A stretch of DNA of 58,241 bases from a bacterium (GTDB lineage: Bacteria > Ratteibacteria > UBA8468 > B48-G9 > JAFGKM01), in contig DAOOVW010000001.1 of NCBI GenBank assembly GCA_035370465.1, positions 1-58,241 of the forward strand. Reading direction: 5' to 3'. The notes below the pieces were generated by a model. That model worked only from the letters and a program-made list of their open reading frames with translations, searched no databases and had not been told where the DNA came from. This document shows, piece after piece, positions 49,873 to 58,241 of the stretch. Numbering within the stretch: position 1 is the first letter of the stretch; each line of letters opens with the position of its first letter. Both the position numbers and the translations under genes were made by a program.

Positions 49873-51129
49873 ATGAACTGGAAAGATGATATAAAAATAA
49901 AATTAGAAAAAACAAAAAATGCATATAAGTCCATTACTGGACTTACAACAGAAGAAAAAAATAAATTTTTAGAAAATTTAGCACAAAATATAAAAAAAGA
50001 AAGTCCAAATATTTTAAAAAGTAATAAAAAAGATGTTGAAAAAGCACAGATGTCTGGATATTCAAATGCCTTCATTGATAGGTTATCTTTATCTGAAAAT
50101 AATATAGAAAAAATTATAAGCAGCATAGAAAATGTTAGAAATTTACCAGACCCTGTTGGAAAAATTATATGGGAAAATAAGAGACCAAATGGACTTATTA
50201 TAAAAAGAAAAAGAGTTCCAATTGGTGTTATTGGCATAATCTATGAATCAAGACCTGATGTTACAGTTGAAAGTAGTATTTTATGCATAAAAGCAGGAAA
50301 CTGTGTAATTTTAAAAGGGGGGAAAGAAGCAAAAAATTCAAATAAAAAACTTGTTGAAATTATAAAAAAATCACTAAAAGAAGCATCATTACCAGAAGAT
50401 TGTGTAAATTTAATTTATAAGGGAGGAAGAAAAAGTGTAAAGCATCTTTTAAAGTTCCATCAGTATATAGACCTTATTATTCCACGAGGAGGGGAAGAAC
50501 TAATAAAAACAGTAGTTGAAAATAGTTCAATCCCTGTAATAAAACATTATAAAGGTATCTGTCATACTTATATTGATAAATATACAAATATTGATATGGC
50601 TTTAAAAGTTACATTTAATGCAAAAGTTCAAAGACCAGGAACATGTAATGCAACTGAAACATTACTTGTGCATAAAGATATTGCAAAAGAATTTTTACCA
50701 GAAATGGCAAAAATGTTTGAAGAAGCAGGAGTTGAAATGAGGGGCTGTGAAGAAACAAGAAAAATTTTACCATTTATCAAAAAAGCAAGTGAAGATGATT
50801 GGAAAATAGAATATTTAGATAAAATCATTTCAATTAAAGTTGTAAACTCAATTGAAGAAGCAATAGAGCATATTGGAAAATATGGAACATCTCATTCAGA
50901 TGCAATAATAACTGAAAATAAGGAAATGGCTGAAAAATTTTTAAATATGGTTGACTCTGCTGCTGTTTACCATAATGCTTCAACAAGATTTACAGATGGA
51001 GGAGAATTTGGTTTAGGAGCAGAAATTGGAATAAGTACTGATAAAATACATGCTCGTGGTCCCATGGGACTTGAAGAACTTACAATTTACAAATATATTG
51101 TATATGGGAATGGACAGATTAGAGAATAA
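49873..51129 (+). CDS. proA: Gamma-glutamyl phosphate reductase
   Basis: Aldehyde dehydrogenase fold with catalytic Cys region. Conserved proB-proA order. Confidence 0.9.
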   Translation: MNWKDDIKIKLEKTKNAYKSITGLTTEEKNKFLENLAQNIKKESPNILKSNKKDVEKAQMSGYSNAFIDRLSLSENNIEKIISSIENVRNLPDPVGKIIWENKRPNGLIIKRKRVPIGVIGIIYESRPDVTVESSILCIKAGNCVILKGGKEAKNSNKKLVEIIKKSLKEASLPEDCVNLIYKGGRKSVKHLLKFHQYIDLIIPRGGEELIKTVVENSSIPVIKHYKGICHTYIDKYTNIDMALKVTFNAKVQRPGTCNATETLLVHKDIAKEFLPEMAKMFEEAGVEMRGCEETRKILPFIKKASEDDWKIEYLDKIISIKVVNSIEEAIEHIGKYGTSHSDAIITENKEMAEKFLNMVDSAAVYHNASTRFTDGGEFGLGAEIGISTDKIHARGPMGLEELTIYKYIVYGNGQIRE

Positions 51130-51703
51130 AACAATTGGTCTTTTAGGTGGAACATTTGACCCAATTCATATTGGACATTTAATAATTGCTGAAAAAGTCA
51201 GAGAAGAATTTAATTTAGAAAAGGTTATATTTATTCCAGCAGGAATTCCACCTCATAAAAAAAGCGCCTTCACTTCTTCTTTTCATAGATACAATATGGT
51301 AAAAATTGCAGTTTCTGATAATTCTTTTTTTGATGTTTCTGATATTGAAATTAAAAGAAATTTACCTTCTTATACATATCTAACTATAAAAAAGATGAAA
51401 GAAATATATAAAAATTACAAAATTTTTTTTATAATTGGGCAGGACTCGCTTTTAGACTTACCAAATTGGTATAAAGCAGATAAATTAATAAAAGAAACTA
51501 CCTTTATTATTGTAAGAAGAAATACAGATTTTTATTATGAAAAAGATAAAAATTTCCCTGTGAATTTTGAATTAAGTAATAATCCAATTATTGGAATTTC
51601 TTCAACTTATATAAGAACTTGCATAAAAGAAAGAAAATCAATAAAATATTTATTACCTGAAAAAGTAAAAAATTATATTGAAAAGGAAAATATTTATGGA
51701 TAA
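51104..51703 (+). CDS. nadD: Nicotinate-nucleotide adenylyltransferase
   Basis: IGLLGGTFDPIHIGHL (HxGH) and IPPHK motifs. The start overlaps the proA 3' end. Confidence 0.85.
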   Translation: MGMDRLENKTIGLLGGTFDPIHIGHLIIAEKVREEFNLEKVIFIPAGIPPHKKSAFTSSFHRYNMVKIAVSDNSFFDVSDIEIKRNLPSYTYLTIKKMKEIYKNYKIFFIIGQDSLLDLPNWYKADKLIKETTFIIVRRNTDFYYEKDKNFPVNFELSNNPIIGISSTYIRTCIKERKSIKYLLPEKVKNYIEKENIYG

Positions 51704-52721
51704 AGAAGAAATAATCAAAAAATGTAGAGATGTTTTTAACCGTGGAAAAGAGGAGTTAGAAAAATTAATTGATGAAAATGATTTTGAAAAATGGAGAACA
51801 AAGTTTTTTGGTAGAAAAGGAGAGATTAATAAACTTTTTTCTTTTCTTTCTACTATCAAAAATGAATTAAAACCCGAAATAGGCGAAGAAATAAACAAAA
51901 TAAAAATAAATCTGATGTCTCTTTTTGAAGAAAAAAAAGAAATAATTCAAAAAGAAAGAAATAAAGAAAAATTTAATCTTTCTTTTCCTGGGAAAATTCC
52001 TGAATATGGAGGAATTCATCCATTAACTCAAATTATGAAAAAAATGACAAAAATTTTTGAAAACATGGGATTTGGTATTTTTACAGGACCAGAAATTGAG
52101 ACGGACTTTTATAATTTTGAGGCATTAAATACACCTGAAGACCATCCAGCAAGAGATATATGGGATACTTTTTATCTTGACTATAAGAAAAAGATACTTT
52201 TAAGAACTCATACAAGTCCTGTTCAAATAAGAGTTATGGAAACTAATAAACCACCTTTTAGAATAATAGCACTTGGTAAATGTTTTAGGAGAGACCAATT
52301 CGATTCCTCTCACAGTCCTGCTTTTCATCAAATGGAAGGACTTATGGTAGATAAAAATATAAGTTTTACTCATCTTAAAGGTATCTTAAATTATTTTCTT
52401 AAAGAAATGTTTGGCGAAAACATAAAAGTCAAATTTACTCCTTCATATTTTCCATTTACAGAACCAAGTGCAGAAGTAAGTATCTCATGTGTAATTTGTG
52501 GAGGAAAAGGGTGTTCAACTTGCAAAAACAGTGGTTTTCTTGAAATACTGGGATGTGGAATGGTTCATCCTCAAGTTTTTAGAAATGTTGGATATAACCC
52601 AGAAGAAATAACTGGTTTTGCTTTTGGAATGGGAGTTGAAAGAATTGCAATGCTTAAATACAAAATTGATGATATAAGGTTATTTTACAACAATGATTTA
52701 AGATTTTTAAAACAATTTTAA
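51696..52721 (+). CDS. pheS: Phenylalanine-tRNA ligase alpha subunit
   Basis: Class II aaRS motifs (FRRD...GLMVD, GFAFGMGVERIAM). ATG at 51696, overlapping the nadD end. Confidence 0.9.
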   Translation: MDKEEIIKKCRDVFNRGKEELEKLIDENDFEKWRTKFFGRKGEINKLFSFLSTIKNELKPEIGEEINKIKINLMSLFEEKKEIIQKERNKEKFNLSFPGKIPEYGGIHPLTQIMKKMTKIFENMGFGIFTGPEIETDFYNFEALNTPEDHPARDIWDTFYLDYKKKILLRTHTSPVQIRVMETNKPPFRIIALGKCFRRDQFDSSHSPAFHQMEGLMVDKNISFTHLKGILNYFLKEMFGENIKVKFTPSYFPFTEPSAEVSISCVICGGKGCSTCKNSGFLEILGCGMVHPQVFRNVGYNPEEITGFAFGMGVERIAMLKYKIDDIRLFYNNDLRFLKQF

Positions 52722-52722
52722 A

Positions 52723-54714
52723 ATGAGATACTCATTTAAACTTTTATCAGAATACATTGATGGAGAGATTAAATTTAAACAATTAATTGAATTTATTGAT
52801 ATTCTTGGTTTAAATCCATATATAATTGAAAAAAATAATGATATAATTTTTGAACTTGAAATACCTGCTAATAGAGGTGATTTGTTTTCTCTAATAGGAA
52901 TTATAAAAGAAATTATCCCTTTTACTGAAAATAAACTACTCTTACCAGAAATAAAATTTTCAGAAGAAATTGACGATATAAAAAGAATTGAAATAGAAAA
53001 TATAAATGATTGTTCGTATTATTCATCAAGAATAATAAAAAATTTAGAAAACATTTCATCTCCATCAGAATTTATTGAAAAAATTAAAAAATTGGGATTT
53101 AAAAGTTCTTTCCTCCCTGTTGATATTTCCAATTTTGTTATGGCTGAAACAGGACAGCCAATTCATATTTTTGATTTAGATACATTAGAGGGAAATATAA
53201 TTATAAGAAGAGGAAAAGAAAATGAGAAAATTACCTGTCTTGATGGAAATGAGTATAAAATCAATCCTGACATACTTGTTATTTCTGATAGTAAAAAAGC
53301 AGTTGCAATTGCAGGAATTATGGGAGGAATAAATTCCTGTGTAACAGAAAAAACAAAAAATATTCTAATTGAAAGTGCTATTTTCAATCCAATTGTTATA
53401 AGAAGGGGAAGTAAAAAATTAGGACTTATTACAGAAGCATCAGCAAGATTTGAAAAAGGAATAAATGTGGAAATTACAAAATTCGGGATGGAAAGAACTG
53501 CATACCTCATAAAAAAAATGTGTGGGGGAAAAGTTGGAAAAGTGAACTATTCTGGGAAAAAAGAAAGTTCTGAAATTGAAATTAAATTAAGGAAGGAAAG
53601 AGTTGATAAAATTATTGGAGTAGAAGTTGAAGAGAAATTTATTGAAGAACATTTTAAAAAGGTAAATTTTGACTATACTAAACAGAATAATATCTTTACA
53701 GTAAAAATTCCACCGTATAGGAAAGACATAAAAGAAGAAATAGACCTAATTGAAGAAATCGCAAAATATAAGGGGTATTCTTCTATAAAAGAAGAAACCC
53801 CTTATACAAATATTACTCCAACCACTTCGGATGAAACATATCAAAAATATGAGACAATTAAAGATATTATTGTAAAATTTGGATTTAATGAAATAATAAC
53901 ATTAAGTATAATTTCAGATGATTTTAAAAATATATTCGGGGAAGAATATGTAAGAATAGAAAATCCTCTTTCTTCAAATTTCGCTTTTCTCAGAAACTAT
54001 CTTTTTCCCCAGATGTTAGATACATTTAAGTATAATATAAATCATCAGATAAAACATTTAAAACTTTTTGAATTGGGTAAAGTTTATTTTAAAGAAAATG
54101 AAAAATTTAAAGAAGAAACACACATTTCTATTGGAATTTTAAATTCAGGTGATTACTATGATATGAAAGGTGTTGTTGAAGAATTTTTAAGATATTCCAA
54201 TATAGAAAATTTAAATTACAAATTAGATAAAAATTTTATATCTGAGGAAAATGGATTACAATCAATTTTTTATAAAGAGAAAAAAATAGGGGAAATTTTT
54301 ATTCCAAAGAGAGAAATACTTGAAAAATTTGAGATTGAACAAGAACAAATTTATGGTGCTGAAATATATATAGAAAAAATTATAAATGAAATAACCTTTG
54401 AAAAGAAATTTAATTATTTACCAAAATTTCCGTTTTCAAAAAGGGATTTTTCCTTTATTTTACCTTTTGAAATTGATTGGGGCAAAATAGAAAAAGTTAT
54501 TTTATTAGAAAATATACCCATTGAAAAAATAAATGTTTTTGATATTTATAAAGGGGAAAATGTTCCTGCTGGAAAAATAAGTATAAGTTTTTCTATCTAT
54601 TTCCGCTCTGATGAGAAAACACTTATAGCCGAAGAAATTGATGAGTTTTCAAAAAAAATTATTTCAATAATAGAAGAAAAATTTGCAGGGGAGTTAAGAG
54701 GTGAAAAAAAATAA
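52723..54714 (+). CDS. pheT: Phenylalanine-tRNA ligase beta subunit (short form)
   Basis: Follows pheS. B3/4 and B5 region motifs. 663 aa. Confidence 0.85.
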   Translation: MRYSFKLLSEYIDGEIKFKQLIEFIDILGLNPYIIEKNNDIIFELEIPANRGDLFSLIGIIKEIIPFTENKLLLPEIKFSEEIDDIKRIEIENINDCSYYSSRIIKNLENISSPSEFIEKIKKLGFKSSFLPVDISNFVMAETGQPIHIFDLDTLEGNIIIRRGKENEKITCLDGNEYKINPDILVISDSKKAVAIAGIMGGINSCVTEKTKNILIESAIFNPIVIRRGSKKLGLITEASARFEKGINVEITKFGMERTAYLIKKMCGGKVGKVNYSGKKESSEIEIKLRKERVDKIIGVEVEEKFIEEHFKKVNFDYTKQNNIFTVKIPPYRKDIKEEIDLIEEIAKYKGYSSIKEETPYTNITPTTSDETYQKYETIKDIIVKFGFNEIITLSIISDDFKNIFGEEYVRIENPLSSNFAFLRNYLFPQMLDTFKYNINHQIKHLKLFELGKVYFKENEKFKEETHISIGILNSGDYYDMKGVVEEFLRYSNIENLNYKLDKNFISEENGLQSIFYKEKKIGEIFIPKREILEKFEIEQEQIYGAEIYIEKIINEITFEKKFNYLPKFPFSKRDFSFILPFEIDWGKIEKVILLENIPIEKINVFDIYKGENVPAGKISISFSIYFRSDEKTLIAEEIDEFSKKIISIIEEKFAGELRGEKK

Positions 54715-55009
54715 AATAAGAATTCTCGGAAAAGAATATTTATTTCAATCTGATTTTGACGAAAAACAATTAAAAGAATCAGAAAAAAAAATTGAAGAAA
54801 GGATAAAACATTATGAAAGTCAATATCCCAACGCAGATAAAATTGACCTTTTAGTTGTATTCATCCTTGAACTTTTAGAAAACATATATATAAAAGAGAA
54901 ACAAATTTGCGAGAGAGAAAAAAAATTTGAGAATTTAAAGGGAAAATTAGAAATGATGGAAAAGAATATAAAGGAGAAATTAAATATCTTGACAAAAGAA
55001 ATACAATAA
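54701..55009 (+). CDS. Cell division protein ZapA-like
   Basis: About 100 aa with the IRILGKEY..Q.D...L....K.IEERI........D.LVVFILELLEN pattern resembling ZapA. Sits directly after pheT, as zapA does in Firmicutes. Confidence 0.5.
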   Translation: MKKNKIRILGKEYLFQSDFDEKQLKESEKKIEERIKHYESQYPNADKIDLLVVFILELLENIYIKEKQICEREKKFENLKGKLEMMEKNIKEKLNILTKEIQ

Positions 55010-55038
55010 ATTATCATAATATACATCTGAAAAAATTT

Positions 55039-55110
55039 TGCGGGGTGGAGCAGTGGTAGCTCGCCGGGCCCATAACCCGGAGGTCGGCCGTTCAAATCGG
55101 CCCCCCGCAA
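55039..55110 (+). tRNA. tRNA-Met (CAT), initiator-type
   Basis: Cloverleaf GCGGGG acceptor stem, A11:U24 in the D stem, three consecutive G:C pairs closing the anticodon stem, a CAT anticodon and a TTCAAAT T-loop. Very similar to E. coli tRNA-fMet. The CCA end is not encoded. Confidence 0.85.
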
Positions 55111-55180
55111 TTTTGGAAACATTATAAGGAATTGACTAAAAAACACCAAATAAAAAAATTCTAAAAGACAAATACATTGT

Positions 55181-55208
55181 TTTGACAAATTTTTTATAAA
55201 TGGTATAC
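55181..55208 (+). promoter_or_regulatory. Near-consensus sigma70 promoter, TTGACA-16-TATACT, upstream of the pilM operon
   Basis: Consensus -35 and a 5/6 -10 hexamer about 50 nt upstream of the pilM start and its AGGAG RBS. Confidence 0.5.
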
Positions 55209-55260
55209 TGAAATTTTCCCAAAAAAATAGTTATTTTCCCACTTTACAAAAGGAGAAAGT

Positions 55261-56976
55261 GTGTTAGGAAAGGGAAGGAAATTTGCAGTTGACTTTGGAA
55301 CAACAAAAATAAGAATTGCTGATTTTGAAAATAGAGGTAATAAAATTTATTGTAATTTTTATCAGGAAATTCCAATTCCTTATTATTCACCTGAAGAAAG
55401 AGAAAATTTCTTGAAAAAAGAGGCAAAAGGAATTCTTGATAAAAATAAAATAAAAACAGTTATTGTGTCTTTACCGGGTAGAGGATTATTATTAAGACAA
55501 CTTAATATCCCAAAAGTACCTCCTAAAAAATTGAAAGATATTCTAAAATATGAAGTTCAGCAACAAATTCCTTTTCCATTAGAAGTAGTTGAATGGAAAT
55601 ATCAAATATTAGGAGAAGAGGGGGTAAATCTAAACATTCTTTTATCTGCAATAAAAAAAGAACTTGTAAACGAATATATAGGTAATATTACAGGATTTGG
55701 AATTGACCCTGTTTTTCTTGATACCGACCTTTTTGCAGTTTATAATGCTTTTAGATATTCACCTTTCTATAATGAGGATAAATGTACTGCAATTCTTGAA
55801 ATTGGAGAAACATCATCAAATTTTATAATACTTTACAGAAAAATGGTACTAATGAGGTCACTTACCATTTCAGGAAGCACAATCACTTCTTCAATTATGG
55901 AGACAGAGGGAATTTCATATAAAGAAGCAGAAAATAAAAAAATTGAAATGGGAATGCAACTTCCCGCATGTATTTCTTCTATTGAAAGTTTAAACACTGA
56001 AATTCAAAATTCAGTTGATTACTGGCGATTTACTCAAAAGGGACCTGAGGTATCTGAACTTTATATATGTGGAAAGACCTCTCTTCTTAATGGATTTAAA
56101 GAATCAATTCAAGAAAAATCTAAAATTAAAACAGAATATTTTTCTCCACTTTCAACAATTGAAATAAATCCGAAATATGAAAATTTAAGGGAAAATGAAG
56201 TTGAACTTGCTGTCTTAACAGGAATTGCTTTAAGAAATGCAGGAATTTCTTTTATCAATATAGATATGCTTCCTGAGGAAATTAAAAGAGTCAGAGAATT
56301 TAAGCTCAATCGTCTTTATATATACGTATCTATAATATTAGCAGGGTTAATTTCAATAACACCTGTACTATTTCTAAATCAGGATAAAGCAATGTTAAAA
56401 GGAATTTTAAGTGATATAGAAATTTCTTTAAGTCAATATGAAAAATACGAAAAAGATGTTAATAAATTACAAAATGAGATAAAAGAAACCAAAGAAAAAT
56501 GTGAAACTATTAGTGGATTAATAAGCAAAAAAGGAACATGGCTAAAAAACTTAATATATATAGGTAGGTGCTTACCAAGTAGTAAAATATATCTTACTTC
56601 ATTTTCACCAGGAGCAGAATCTCAAACCCAACAGGGAGAACAAGCACCAATTTCACCTGAAGGACAACCTGTTATGCCACCGGGAGGGCCATCTATGCCA
56701 CCAGCAGGAGCACCAATGCCGCCAGGAGAACCATCTATACCTCAATCACCTCAGGAACAAATAAAACCAAATGAAGTGAACATAGAAACACAAAATGTAT
56801 ATACATTAAAAGGTGAAGTCGTTATTACCGATATAAAAAGTGCCTTTGATAATTTCAAATCATTTGTAAAAAATATATCAAATTTAGAATTTATACAAAA
56901 AGTGGATATAAGTTATTGCGAAGTTAATTCTGAAAGAAATGTTATAGAGTTTACTCTTTTATTAAATATAAAATGA
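55261..56976 (+). CDS. Type IV pilus assembly protein PilM fused to a PilN-like domain
   Basis: N-terminal actin-like domain (FAVDFGTTKIRIADF...). Then a TM helix (LYIYVSIILAGLISITPVLFL) and a coiled-coil PilN-like region, with a Pro-rich insert before the C-terminal domain. Confidence 0.7.
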   Translation: MLGKGRKFAVDFGTTKIRIADFENRGNKIYCNFYQEIPIPYYSPEERENFLKKEAKGILDKNKIKTVIVSLPGRGLLLRQLNIPKVPPKKLKDILKYEVQQQIPFPLEVVEWKYQILGEEGVNLNILLSAIKKELVNEYIGNITGFGIDPVFLDTDLFAVYNAFRYSPFYNEDKCTAILEIGETSSNFIILYRKMVLMRSLTISGSTITSSIMETEGISYKEAENKKIEMGMQLPACISSIESLNTEIQNSVDYWRFTQKGPEVSELYICGKTSLLNGFKESIQEKSKIKTEYFSPLSTIEINPKYENLRENEVELAVLTGIALRNAGISFINIDMLPEEIKRVREFKLNRLYIYVSIILAGLISITPVLFLNQDKAMLKGILSDIEISLSQYEKYEKDVNKLQNEIKETKEKCETISGLISKKGTWLKNLIYIGRCLPSSKIYLTSFSPGAESQTQQGEQAPISPEGQPVMPPGGPSMPPAGAPMPPGEPSIPQSPQEQIKPNEVNIETQNVYTLKGEVVITDIKSAFDNFKSFVKNISNLEFIQKVDISYCEVNSERNVIEFTLLLNIK

Positions 56977-57752
56977 AAAAAATATTAGGATTACTAAAAA
57001 AGTATTCGTTGATTTTTTCACTAATCACTGTTGTTGGAATAATTGGAGTAGGATATTATTTTTATAACAAATCACAGAAAGAAATTGAAAAAATTGAAAA
57101 TGAAATAAGGGAAAAATATACAAAAGCAAAAGAATATGAAAAAGCAGGAGAAAATGCTCCTTCACCTGAACTAATTGGAAAATTAACAAAAGAAAAAGAG
57201 AAATATGAAGGAAATTTCAAATATATGGTAAACAATTTTTCTACAGAACAACCAAAAGTCCCAACTTTTGATATTTATCCCTCAATAGAATTTAAAGAAT
57301 ATATTTTATTTTCTGAAAACAAATTATACAAAAAAGCAAAAAGAATGGAAGTAAATCTTCCTTCTTCTTTAGGCTTTCCAAAAAAAGGGCTTGTTTCTCC
57401 TGACCAGATACCAATATTTACTCTTCAATTTGAAGTTGTTAATAACCTTATAAATTTAGTCATAAATTCAGGTATCACATCTATAACAAGTATTACTCCC
57501 GGAACATCAAGAAAAGTATCATTTTATGAAATGATGCCAATAAAACTTGTTCTAACAGGGACAAGCAATGAAATTATCAGATGTCTAAAATATTTTGATA
57601 ATCCATCTTCTTATTTTCTTGTTGAAAATTTTTTAGTCACAAAACTTAATGAAAATTTATTCAAAGTAGAGATAAATTTAAATGCTGTTATGCTTTTAGT
57701 TGGGGAACAAAAATTAGCGGGGAAAAATGAAAAAGAAAATCCATCAGGATAA
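56973..57752 (+). CDS. PilO-like pilus assembly membrane protein (hypothetical)
   Basis: N-terminal TM anchor and a coiled-coil followed by a globular domain. ATGA overlap with pilM/N. Confidence 0.4.
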   Translation: MKKILGLLKKYSLIFSLITVVGIIGVGYYFYNKSQKEIEKIENEIREKYTKAKEYEKAGENAPSPELIGKLTKEKEKYEGNFKYMVNNFSTEQPKVPTFDIYPSIEFKEYILFSENKLYKKAKRMEVNLPSSLGFPKKGLVSPDQIPIFTLQFEVVNNLINLVINSGITSITSITPGTSRKVSFYEMMPIKLVLTGTSNEIIRCLKYFDNPSSYFLVENFLVTKLNENLFKVEINLNAVMLLVGEQKLAGKNEKENPSG

Positions 57753-58241
57753 TATCAGAGAGAAAAATAGAGAAAAACTTTTGAATTTTATCTTAGAAAA
57801 GAAGAAAAAAAGAGATAAAGAAGATATACCTGACGATAAAAGGAGAAATGTATCTTTATTAAAAGAACAAAAGAAAAAAGAAAAAGAGGAAAGGTATTTA
57901 TCTATTCAGCAAAGAAGAGATAAAGAAAAATTAGAAAAAATAAAAGAAAGAGAAAAAAGAAAAGCAGAAAAGGAAGAAGAGAGAAAGAAGAGATTGCTGA
58001 TTAAAAAACAAAAATTAGAAGAAAAACAGAAAAAAAGAGAAGAGATAGAGAAACAAAAACAGATTATACAACAAAAGAAAGAAGAAAGAGAAAAGAAACT
58101 GCAGGAAAAAGAAATTGCAAAACAAAAAAAATTAGAGGAAAGAAAAAAGCAACAACAGGAAATAGAACAAAAGAAACAACAACTACTAGAAGAAAAACAG
58201 AAAAAAAGAGAAGAGATAGAGAAACAAAAACAGATTATACA
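57727..58241 (+). CDS. Lys/Glu-rich low-complexity coiled-coil protein, 3'-partial at the window edge
   Basis: ATG at about 57727, overlapping the pilO-like stop. The open frame runs to the window end and contains a 55-nt perfect internal direct repeat. Confidence 0.4.
   Translation, partial: MKKKIHQDNIREKNREKLLNFILEKKKKRDKEDIPDDKRRNVSLLKEQKKKEKEERYLSIQQRRDKEKLEKIKEREKRKAEKEEERKKRLLIKKQKLEEKQKKREEIEKQKQIIQQKKEEREKKLQEKEIAKQKKLEERKKQQQEIEQKKQQLLEEKQKKREEIEKQKQII

Noticed and set aside
49758-50237. 159-aa minus-strand ORF inside proA
   Set aside because: Antisense shadow ORF in an AT-rich gene. Phe/Ile/Ser-rich composition typical of reverse-complemented Lys/Glu codons.
1-58241. CRISPR arrays, IS elements/transposases, integrases, rRNA genes
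   Set aside because: Looked for regularly spaced direct repeats, transposase or integrase-like ORFs and rRNA-like GC-rich blocks. None were found. The only repeat families are the short GTGTAAAAT elements, the 28-nt dapB/dapL junction repeat and the intragenic repeats reported above.

Overview
AT-rich (~30% GC) bacterial chromosomal segment, almost entirely coding and mostly on the + strand. A prepilin/DUF1559 (H-X9-DG) protein at the 5' end suggests a PVC-type or candidate-phylum lineage (inference). Three regions can be distinguished. (1) 1-12.8 kb is an accessory-looking glycan-processing island: a DUF1559 pilin-like protein, four BNR/Asp-box beta-propeller (sialidase-like) proteins without signal peptides, a DHDPS/N-acetylneuraminate-lyase-family lyase, three or four Gfo/Idh/MocA oxidoreductases, an SDR, a HemL-like class-III aminotransferase, two tandem paralogous Cys-rich small proteins and a convergent standalone MGMT-like gene. 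(2) 13-26.6 kb is housekeeping: hisI, secDF, rsmD, coaD, rpmF-plsX-fabH-fabG-acpP-fabF followed by an acyl-CoA dehydrogenase, rluD-like, mscS, murA and dapB. (3) 26.6-34.7 kb is an ~8 kb minus-strand Pho block (phoB/phoR-like two-component system, unknown gene, porin, pstSCAB, phoU). It sits exactly between dapB and a dapL-like aminotransferase and is bounded by an identical 28-nt direct repeat that contains the dapB stop and the dapL RBS/start, which looks like a rearrangement or insertion footprint. The rest is central metabolism and translation: purE, fba, pfkA, ilvD, a cytoplasmic GH29 fucosidase, thiC, def, nadB (flanked by copies of a ~25-nt GTGTAAAAT-type repeat, two of them as inverted arms), gltD-like, ICMT-family methyltransferase, stomatin, tyrA, proBA, nadD, pheST, zapA-like, an initiator-type tRNA-Met, and then a type IV pilus pilM-pilN fusion / pilO-like operon with a near-consensus sigma70 promoter. 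No CRISPR arrays, transposases or rRNA genes were seen. By-eye coordinates may be off by 1-2 nt.
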